From assembly GCA_000388065.2 (NCBI GenBank), contig KB932201.1: a stretch of DNA of 49,318 nucleotides; one strand, given 5' to 3'. Shown here in pieces: positions 34,101-43,336 of this stretch. Source of the stretch: Fonticula alba ATCC 38817 (Eukaryota; Protista; Nucleariida). Below the pieces are notes generated by a model. It made no database searches. It had not been told where the DNA came from and worked only from the letters and a program-made list of their open reading frames with translations. Numbering within the stretch: the first letter of the stretch is position 1; the number at the start of each line of letters is the position of its first letter. The position numbers were made by a program, and so were the translations under genes.

Positions 34101-34661
34101 TGAGCATGCACCTGGACACCGTCCTCTCTGGCCAGTATATGGCCGAGTTCATGGGGGATGCGGCGCTGACCGGGGTCGTTGGTGCCGAGAGTGGCCTGGT
34201 GGATCCGGTGACTGTGCCGGATGTCCTGCTGGCTGAGAGCCCGCTGTATCCCTTCCCGGCGACCAGCATCGTGACGCGCACTCTGCACGAGCGCCGGTAC
34301 CCTCCGGTGCTGGAGTCCCTGCTGGGGAGCAGCATGGCGGGGTACCATGCCCCGGCGCCGCCCATGCCTCTGCGTGTTGATGGGATTGTCTTTGATTTGG
34401 GCGTGTCGTCCATGCAGTTGGACCAGGCCGAGCGGGGCTTCTCCTTCCGCTCGAACGGTCCCCTGGACATGCGCATGTCGGCTGGTCAGCTCCCGGAGCA
34501 GCCGAGCGCCCACTCGGGCATCAGGTCGATGGCCATGCCGCCCCGTTCGGCGGCCGATGTGGTCAATGACCTGCCTGAGGCCATGATCTCTGACATTATC
34601 TTCCGCGTACGTCACTGTCCCCCCCGCCCCCGCCCACACAGCGCGCACATTACACCCCCCC

Positions 34662-34703
<42 letters not shown>

Positions 34704-34725
34704 CTCTCTCTCTATCTCTCTCTCG

Positions 34726-34756
<31 letters not shown>

Positions 34757-34768
34757 CCGCTCTCTCTC

Positions 34769-34801
<33 letters not shown>

Positions 34802-35673
34802 TCTCTTCTTTTCCTCCCCTCGCCTTCCCTGGTTTATCTCCCTCTCTCTCCCTCTCTCACACACATGCATGCACCCTCTGCTTCTTGGCTGACGCTCCAA
34901 CGACGAACAAAGTACGGCGAGGAGCGCTACCACCGGCGCATCGCCAAGGCCATCGTCGAGCACCGGACCACCCATGGTGCCATCAAGGACACCTTTACTC
35001 TGGCCAACATCGTTCGCGGGGCCTACCCGGCCGATGCCCGGCGCCAGGCCTTTGTCGATCCGGCCACGCGCACCTTCCAGGCCATCCGGATTTTCGTCAA
35101 CGACGAGGTGCGTCTGTTGCATGGTGACTCTGCTCCTGTGTGAGCATCTTTTCACCCTGTGGTGGGGTGCCGCGCTCCGGGCTGCCTCCTTTCTGGGCGA
35201 CTGGCCATGCGGTGTATCGACTTGGGATCGGTGAGGGGGGGTTTCTTTCTTTCTCCCCTTTTCATCCTACTGACCGGAGGACAAAAACACCCCCTTCCCC
35301 AACATGTCAACATTTTTTTTCTGCGATCCAGCTGCGCGAGCTTCTCCAGGCTCTGATCCATGCCGAGAGCATGCTGGCCCCTGGCGGCCGGCTGGTCGTG
35401 GTGTCGTACCACTCGCTGGAGGACCGTGTGGTGAAGGACTTCATCCGGCGCTGCTCGGCCCCACGGTCTGTGTCCACCGACCCCGAGATGGAGATGGCCC
35501 AGCCGTCTCTCACCTGCCTGACCAACCGCGTGGTGACCCCGAGCAACGAGGAGGTCATGATGAACCCGCGCTCGCGGTCGGCCAAGTTGCGCGCGGCTGA
35601 GCGCACGACCAACGGCCCTGTGGCCGAGCGCCTGTACCGCCAGCTGCAGGAGGCCAACCTCTCGCACTCGTGA
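31199..35673 (+). CDS. METTL15: Mitochondrial rRNA m4C methyltransferase (RsmH/MraW/METTL15 family) with an ~890-aa N-terminal extension; exons 31199-34606, 34913-35107, 35332-35673; 1314 aa
   Basis: [55 protein letters not shown]...GPLDMRM, IIFR|[22 protein letters not shown]|[28 protein letters not shown]. The N-terminus [17 protein letters not shown]...ARAYG resembles a mitochondrial presequence. The start codon is not proven, because an N-gap lies just upstream. Confidence 0.9.
34674..34800. repeat. Imperfect (CT)n microsatellite in RsmH intron 1
   Basis: Long CTCTCT run with occasional CTAT/CTCG units, preceded by a C homopolymer. Confidence 0.9.
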
Positions 35674-37230
35674 AAAGGATGGCGAGCGCCTGCCACGCCG
35701 TGTGGCTTTTGTCGAGCACGCCAAAGGGAGGGAGAGATCCCCCCCCCCTTTTTTTCAGCTCTAGCACAAGGGGGGGAAGCACGAGCGGTGCCATCCCCGT
35801 CCCAGAAGGATGGGCGAGAGAGGCACCGCATACGTGTCTTTGGAAGAGAGTGAGGGGGGGGGGGGGAAGAACCGCGGCTGGGGTGGCCCTACCATTAGAT
35901 GCCAACCCTCTGCCACCCCAGCCGAGCCCACGGTCAAATGTCGCCCTCACTCGTCCCCCTCTTCGACCCCCCCCCCCCCCCCATATGCCTGCATGTAGGA
36001 GAAGCAGCAAACCTCCACCGTCCTCAGGCGACGCTCATGCTGCCTGGGCAATGGGTCTCACTAATGCATGCGCCAGTCTTGTTTTTGCCTGTGTGTGTAT
36101 GTGCGTGTGCGCGTCGGTGTCTGCGCGCGGGGGGCGGCCGCCCTCGCCCTCACGCGGTGACTGGGCAGGAAGGTGGGGGATTTCTCAGGCTCTGCAACGA
36201 GCCACGCAGAGTGGGCAGGTCGTTTTCGATCGTACGTGCATGTGCGCGCGCACCGCGCTAGGGGGAGAACGGCTGGCACACAGGCAGGCCCGGGGGGCCG
36301 GGGGCCGAGAGGCCAGCTCCTTGATCCCCCGCGCCCGGGATCCCCCCCCCCCCCCCCGGTTGCGGTGGGAGTTCGCATAACGGAGGGTTCCTGCCTGGCC
36401 AGCCGAAAGAATGGCGCCCGGCTCCGGGCCGGGGGGGGGGGGCCATACGCGCGCCGCCACGGAACCATACGCCACCTCCCAGCCCCCCAGGGTCTGGGCA
36501 CCGAGGCGGGAGGGCGAGGAGTCTGCCGGACCAGGGCCCCCCCGGGGGCGCGGGGGCGGAACAGGGGCACTCATGCCTTTCTGCCTTGGACCGGGGGCGC
36601 TCCTCCTGCGCCTCGGCAGCGAGAAAAAGGCCCGGGGCCAGGGGCGAGCATCGGAACATAGGCCCAAGAGCCTTTCCTGTTCCTTGGCTCAGTCCTCGAG
36701 GGAGAGTGAGTGTCCCTCGCCCGTCCGCCCCCCCCCCCCCCCCGCCCCGCGCCCCCGGGGGGAGGCTGGGAGTGACGAATGTCGTTACGCCAGCGCACCC
36801 CCGGCCACGGCTGGCTGCGGCCGAACATCTGAGGATGGGGCCAGCGCATCCCGGGAAAGAAGCAATCCCCTTCTGGGCTGGCAATCGCGGGTCGATCATA
36901 TTCCCCGCTTCTGGGGGCGCGAGTAGGGGGGGGGGGGGGGCTCGCGCCGGGAAGACCCGGGCGGCCGGTTCGGGGAGAATATTCCCCCCACCACATTCGG
37001 AAGGCTCCTCGAGAGCGAGGCGCACATAGAAGCCCTCTGGGGCAGCGGGGCCGCCTGGGCCGAAACGCTCGCCCAAGCCAAGATGGGTGCGGGGGGCCCT
37101 GCGAGCCATGAGGGGCGCCGCCCCCTGCGGCGGAGTTTCCCGCCCCCGTTCCCTCGGGTGCGTCCGCGCCCCGGCAAGGATGCCGCTATACGGCTCCCCC
37201 GCCCCCACTCGAAATCCCCGCTGCATGCGG

Positions 37231-37261
<31 letters not shown>

Positions 37262-37508
37262 GCCCGCTCGTGGTTGGTAGTCGCTGGGTGCACGCGGGTG
37301 TTCCACCTTCACAGCCCCCCCCCCCCCCCAAGCTCCTCCACCGCACCCTCCTCACGCCGCCACTGGCTGGCGCTTTTTCGGGCCCCCTTGCCAGGCACCC
37401 CTGGCAACGCTGGGGGCTGGCAGCCCCCTCCCTTCCCCCCTCCCCCTCTTCCCCTCTCCCCGCCCTCTCCTCTCCCCGTCCTCTCCACCACCCTACACAG
37501 CGTCAACC

Positions 37509-39365
37509 ATGTTCCGCAGCAAGCCCAAGATGGACATCCGGGATGTCAAGAACATCCAGGAGGGTCTGAAGGGCATCTACAAGAATAAGGTCAAGCCCAC
37601 CGAGGAGCATTACATGTTCACGGAGTTTCACTCCACGCGTCTGATGGATTCGGACTTCGACGCCAAGCCCATGGTCCTGCTGCTGGGTCAGTATTCCACC
37701 GGTAAGACGAGCTTCATCAACTTCCTCATCGAGCGCGAGTTCCCCGGAAGCCACATCGGCCCGGAGCCGACCACCGACAAGTTCATCGCCGTCATGCACA
37801 ATCGTGAGGACCGCGTGACCCCGGGTAACGGTGCGTGTCCTCATCTCTCCCTCTCTCTCTCTCTCTCTCTCTCGCTCCTCCTAGTGCCCTGGGTTTATGT
37901 GTGCTATGCTGTCACATCTTCATTTTCCCCTCGATTCCACGTTGTTCCCCCCCCCTCCTCCTCCCATACTGACGTGCCTGTACATCGCAGCTGTCGCCGT
38001 CCAGCCGGACAAGCCCTTCCGCGGGCTGGAGATGTTCGGCGGTGGTTTCCTCAGCAAATTCCAGGCCAGTGAGTGTAACGCCCCCCTGCTGGAGGAGATT
38101 ACCTTCATTGATACGCCCGGTGTGCAGGCCGGCGAGAAGCAGCGCAGCGGCCGTGGCTACGACTTCACTCAGGTGGCCTCGTGGTTTGCCGAACGCGCGG
38201 ATCTGATCCTGCTCCTGTTCGACTGCCACAAGCTGGATATCTCGGATGAGTTCAAGAAGACCATCGAGTGTCTGCGGGTACATTGCCACCACATATACAC
38301 ACATGCATACCCCTTCCCTCGCGCTCCTCAGCCCCCTCGCTTTTGCCCGTGCTCCTCCTGCTGGGACAGTGGCACTTCCCTCTGCATCCTGTCCTGACAC
38401 CATGGTGCCACCACGCCCCTCGCCACCACGCCACCGGAAATGACATCGCCCACCGTGCTGGCACCCAAACAATCAGGGCCATGATGACAAGATTCGCGTC
38501 GTCCTCAATAAGTCGGACATGGTCAACACCCAGCAGCTAATGCGTGTGTATGGTGCCCTCATGTGGTCTCTGGGTAAGGTGATTCGCACGCCGGAGGTGG
38601 CCCGTGTGTACATCGGCTCCTTCTGGGCCAACCCCCTGCATTACACGGAAAATGCCCCGCTCTTCCAGGCCGAGCAGGCGGATCTCCTGCGTGACCTGCG
38701 CAACCTCCCCTCCAATGCCATGATCCGCAAGGTCAATGAGCTGGTCAAGCGCACCCGCCAAGCACGCGTGCACGCCATCATCATCAGCCACCTGCGCAAG
38801 CAGATGCCCGCCATGTTTGGCAAGAGCACCAAGCAGGAGGAGCTGCTGGCCGACATGCGCAATGTCTTTGAGGAGATCCAGCGGGCCAACAAGCTCCCGG
38901 CCGGCGATTTCCCTGATCCGGAGAAGTTTGTCCAGCTCTGTCGGAACATGGACTTCTCCAAGCACTTCAACAAGTACAATGCCAAGGTACGTATGCGAGT
39001 GGCCGGGGCAGCTCACAAGCTCATGCTTAAATTGCCATCATCAGCGGGGGGGAGGGGGGGGGGGGGGGGCCAATCCAGAACTGTCTCTTTGCTTGCCCCT
39101 CCTGTCACATTGCGTTTCCCTGACCTTTGCTCGTTCCCTTATTCTTTTTTTCCCCTCTCCCTCTCCCTCTTGCTCACGTTCTTTATCCCTTCTGTAGCTG
39201 ATCAACAGCCTCACCGAGGTTCTCGATAAGGACCTTCCTGCCCTGATGACTCGCTTCCCGCCGGAGGTTCTCTCCGGGGAGAAGGCCGGCAACTCGGCTG
39301 ATGTCATCTTGAGCACTGGTGCGTGTTTTTTCTCGGCACAAGCTGCCGCCTTTTCTCTCCAGCCC

Positions 39366-39405
<40 letters not shown>

Positions 39406-39883
39406 AACGCACGCACCAAACACACAATGCTCACGGTGTGCCATCCAACTAGATATGGGCTTTGCCAACCGCATCACCCAGGGCGGCATCAACAACCCGA
39501 ACCCCCTGGCCCGCGATGCTGTGGTCAGCCCGTCGGCTTCGCGTGGCTCGGCCCTGGCCCTGCCCGCCCCGGCGGCCCCGGCCGACCCGTGGGCTGTCTC
39601 GGCCAGCGAGCGGTCCAACTTGATCGCCGAGTTCCATCGGCTCAATCCGCCGAACGGCCTGCTCAGCGGTGGCCAGGCCAAGGAGGTCCTCCTGCGCACC
39701 GGGCTCGACAATGAGTCCCTCAAGCGCATTTGGTTCCTCAGTGATGCCGATCAGGACGGTTTCCTCTCGCAGGACGAGTACGTGGCGGCCCTGGTCCTGG
39801 CCCGCGGTGTTCGCTCCGGCATGGCCATCCCGCACAGCCTGCCGGCCTCCCTGCAGTCGGGTGGCTCGAGCAACCCCTTCTAA
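37509..39883 (+). CDS. EHD1: EH-domain-containing dynamin-like ATPase (EHD/RME-1 family); exons 37509-37830, 37991-38277, 38477-38986, 39198-39318, 39453-39883; 556 aa
   Basis: KPMVLLLGQYSTGKT P-loop, HIGPEPTTDKF, PGNA..V..DKPF, FIDTPG, LLFDCHKLDISDEF, GHDDKIRVVLNKSD, YGALMWSLGKVIRTPEVARVYIGSFW, and a C-terminal EH domain (LKRIWFLSDADQDGFLSQDEY). All four introns are phase-consistent. Confidence 0.95.
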
Positions 39884-40026
39884 ATGCATTGTCGGGGGCC
39901 ATGCTGGCTCTCGGTCCTTCTCCCTCCTACCCCCCCCCCCAGTCGGGTGGCTCGAGCAACCCCTTCTAAATGCATTGTCGGGGGCCATGCTGGCTCTCGG
40001 TCCTTCTCCCTCCTACCCCCCCCCCC
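39855..40026 (+). repeat. Perfect 86-bp tandem duplication spanning the EHD stop codon
   Basis: 39855-39940 equals 39941-40026 (AGTCGGGTGGCTCGAGCAACCCCTTCTAA...CCTAC11). Confidence 0.92.
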
Positions 40027-40712
40027 TTTTACGCGTTTGCGGCCTCCTCTCTTTGCGCTTCCTTTTCATCACACGGGGCCATGCGTGTGCGCCCACGCCG
40101 CAGAAGAGCAGGAGACCCTTAGTAAGGGAGGAGGGAGACTGTACATAGTACCTGGGGCAGTGCGCGGAGGCGAGGGATCACGATCAAAGGGGAGCGATCA
40201 AGGGACCGACATGCACGTGTACACACGATAAAACCGGCATGCGGGTCCGGACTTCTTTCCTTCCCTCCCCCTCCCTCTCTTCCTCCTGTCGCATTTGGAA
40301 AGCCCATGCCATTCACACCTCCTCCCCCTCCTCCTCCTTCCCCTCCCTACGCCTTTCCTTGTACAAATAAAATCCACAAAATCCGGACACAACTGCTTTG
40401 CTCGAACCTTTGGGGAGAGATCATGCGCGAGGAGGGGTAGGGAGAGAGAGAGAGAGAGGGGGGGGGGGAGGGAGGAAGGTAGTCGGGACAAACCAGGCGC
40501 GAATGTGGGTGGTAATGTACATTGTGTTGGCGCAGAAGAAAATGCGAAAGCCGACATGGCATATCCCCAGCATTGAGGGAGACTGGGAGACGAGAGGAGG
40601 GAATATCGCTCCCGGTCGGGGCGGGGCGCGTCCTGATAGCACATGCACACACACACGCACAGGGAAAGGGGGGCAGGGAGAGAGAGGGGGGGGGGGAGAT
40701 GAATAACGCCCA

Positions 40713-41393
40713 TCAAGTGGCGATCTTCTCAATGTACTCCGGGGGGAAAACACCGTACTCGCCGCGAGTCTCGCCCTGGGCGTCATGGTGGGAACAAAAA
40801 ATGGCAGCGGTGTGTGCGTGAGACGGGGGCGTGTGTCGAAAAGAGGTGGTGGGGATTTTCCGCTCGATCGGCGGGCGCGCACCTCCCAGCACTTAGGATC
40901 AACGTCGGAAGACTGCTTGAAGACGTAGACCAGCTCGTCTGTGTGCCCCACACAAGGCGCAGAGGGACGCAACAGGCAAGAAAAGGCATTGGGGGTGAAT
41001 AAACACACATACACACACATGGTGACAGGCCATGCGGCGAGGCTGCCACCGCTGTCGATGTTGTTTGTGCGCTTGCCAGCTGGGGCGAGCCATGCCAGAG
41101 GAAAGAGGCGAAAAGGGAATGGCCGCAAGAGACCGGACAGCCGGGCACCTGATGCGACGTACCTTGGAAGAGAGTAAGATACTTGTTGGACTCGGGAATG
41201 TAATCGCGCACCACACGGCCAACCATCAGGATCTTGGGGGCCGGAACGGTGGGGACATCGTCATCCCAGTCGCTACCGCTGTCGGAGTGGTTCTGCATGC
41301 GGCAAGGAGGGCGGGGGGGACATGTCAGGGCCAATAGGCGGAACTGGTGCGTGCGTGAATGGGCAGGCCGGACGGGATGCAACATACCGGCAT
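40713..41393 (-). CDS. Small SH3-only protein with an N-terminal acidic-Trp motif (84 aa); exons 41393-41388, 41292-41163, 40938-40883, 40775-40713
   Basis: CACCACC-ATG-CCG|GTATGT micro-exon. The spliced product MPNHSDSGSDWDDDVPTVPAPKILMVGRVVRDYIPESNKYLTLFQDELVYVFKQSSDVDPKCWEGETRGEYGVFPPEYIEKIAT* carries SH3 hallmarks (DY, W.G, G.FP..Y). Three introns are phase-consistent (255 nt). Confidence 0.85.
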
Positions 41394-42234
41394 GGTGGTG
41401 GCGGTGGTGGGGGGGGGGGGAGGGGGGGTAGAACAATCAAGAGGGGGGTGGAGGGAAAAATGCAGACAGGTCTGACTGTGCCCTCACCAGGCCATGCCGG
41501 GAACCCTGGCGGAGGCCCCTTTAAGTTCAGGACACCCTGAAGCTCGGCCCGGAGGACAAGGCTCGGACCGTGAGTCTCTCGCGCCGCCGGCCTCCTCCCT
41601 TGGGCAGGGTCGAGACGCAGGGAGGCCGTAGGTCCGGACGGGGCCGGGCGAGAAAGAGTGGGGACACCACAGGGGCCGAGGCAGGCACTGGAACTTTGGA
41701 AGAGAAAGTGGAGGGGAATTTCGATCAGCGAGGGCTGGCATTCAGTACAGTGATTTGGGCGCATGGCGTGACATATCGGCTGATCTTTGGCCCCGGTTGG
41801 GAATGCCCCTCGGTTAAGGGGGGCCGTCCTTGCTTAGCTCTCTTTCTTTACTGGCCCAGCTGTTTGTCATTGCGAATCCTGCGCCGCGGCCCTGCGACAG
41901 ATTAAGATCTCCGTTCCTCCGCCATTTCTCGCCCGGACCCGCATCTGGTCGAGGATTCTGGCAAGGGTGGGACAAGCACCACTCGTGGGTTGCCACGATC
42001 GCGCCCTCCTCCGGCAAGGACACCAAACGCGAAGGATTGCCTCTTGGTGTGTCAATTCATGAATGGGAGCAGCGTGACCGGGAATACATGTCGGGTGCCG
42101 CAGTCGACGGTGGGTGACACCACGCACTCGCAACAAAGTCAGGAACTCTCCGCGCAATTGTTGGCGATCGATTTGACCGATATGACTCAAGTTGTGTGGC
42201 AGGAAGGAGAGACGGAGGAAGCGAGCGAGCGAGC

Positions 42235-42240
<6 letters not shown>

Positions 42241-42306
<66 letters not shown>
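42241..42306. repeat. (GA)33 microsatellite
   Basis: Read directly from the sequence. Confidence 0.95.
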
Positions 42307-42307
<1 letters not shown>

Positions 42308-43336
42308 GGGGAATGAGCGGGCTGTGTTGGAAGATTGCCGTCCGCTCGCTTCACGACCACACACTAAATGATCGGCGTCGTGTGCCTGAAGCGGCAGGCC
42401 CCGAGGCATGCACGGCGCAGCAGCCTCGGTCACATCGCCTCGAACATCGCCAATGGGTGCATGCGTGGCAGAGACACAACTAGGAGGAAGGTGATAAAAA
42501 TACAGTATATTGAAGAGATCTGGGTGGGAGGGGGTGGTGGGGAGGGGGAGGGTGGTGCGACAGGCAGTCGATAGGGCTATTAATAAGCCCCATTCGGTGG
42601 CTTTCTCTCGTCCGCCAGGCACAGCCACCTGTGGNNNNNNNNNNNNNNNNNNNNNNNNNNNNNNNNNNNNNNNNNNNNNNNNNNNNNNNNNNNNNNNNNN
42701 NNNNNNNGGGGGCATATACGTACGCACGCACGCGCGCGCAAACAGCCAGAGAACATATGCACATAGGGCACTAGTACACACACACACACTCTGAGAGGAG
42801 GAGGGGGCTCCAGTTTCTCGTACTCTCTCTGGGGTTACTACGGGGGAGGAGAAGGGAGCGGATGTGGAGGGGGGAGGAGAGAGGGATAAACAAGGACGAG
42901 GATGGGGGACGTTGACGGGTATGATACACATGCGCGCGCACGCGCGCGCGCGCGCGCGCGCGTACGTGTGTGCTTGTGTGTGTGTGGATGGGTGGGTGTG
43001 CGTATGCGATGTAGCATACACCACACAAATGGACTTGCGCACACGCGCGTCGCGAGAGGGAGAGAGAGAGAGAGAGGGGAGCGGCAAGCTGGATGCTCGC
43101 GCCGCGGATGTCTGCAGTGAAGAGGGAGAGGGGGAAGAGAGAGGGAGAGACACGGGCGGGAAAGGCGCCCGCGCATGGACCCAGATCCAGACCCACACGC
43201 CACTACCACCGAGAGGAGGGGAAGGAGGAAGAGAAAGAGACGAAGGGGGAGAAGAGTCACATGCCGACAGAGAGACACACACACACACACACGTTAACAC
43301 CGACACGCACGCGCGAGATCGATGGCCTCCACGCGA

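Noticed and set aside
40145-40300. U1 snRNA-like string: ATAGTACCTGG (cf. ATACTTACCTGG; would pair with +4C donors), then GATCACGA and CATGCAC at roughly U1-like spacing
   Set aside because: Both flanks of the GATCACGA loop are purine-rich and cannot form stem-loop I. There is no proper Sm site plus 3' hairpin (only CATTTGG), and it lies in the 3' flank of convergent genes. An Infernal RF00003 search would settle it.
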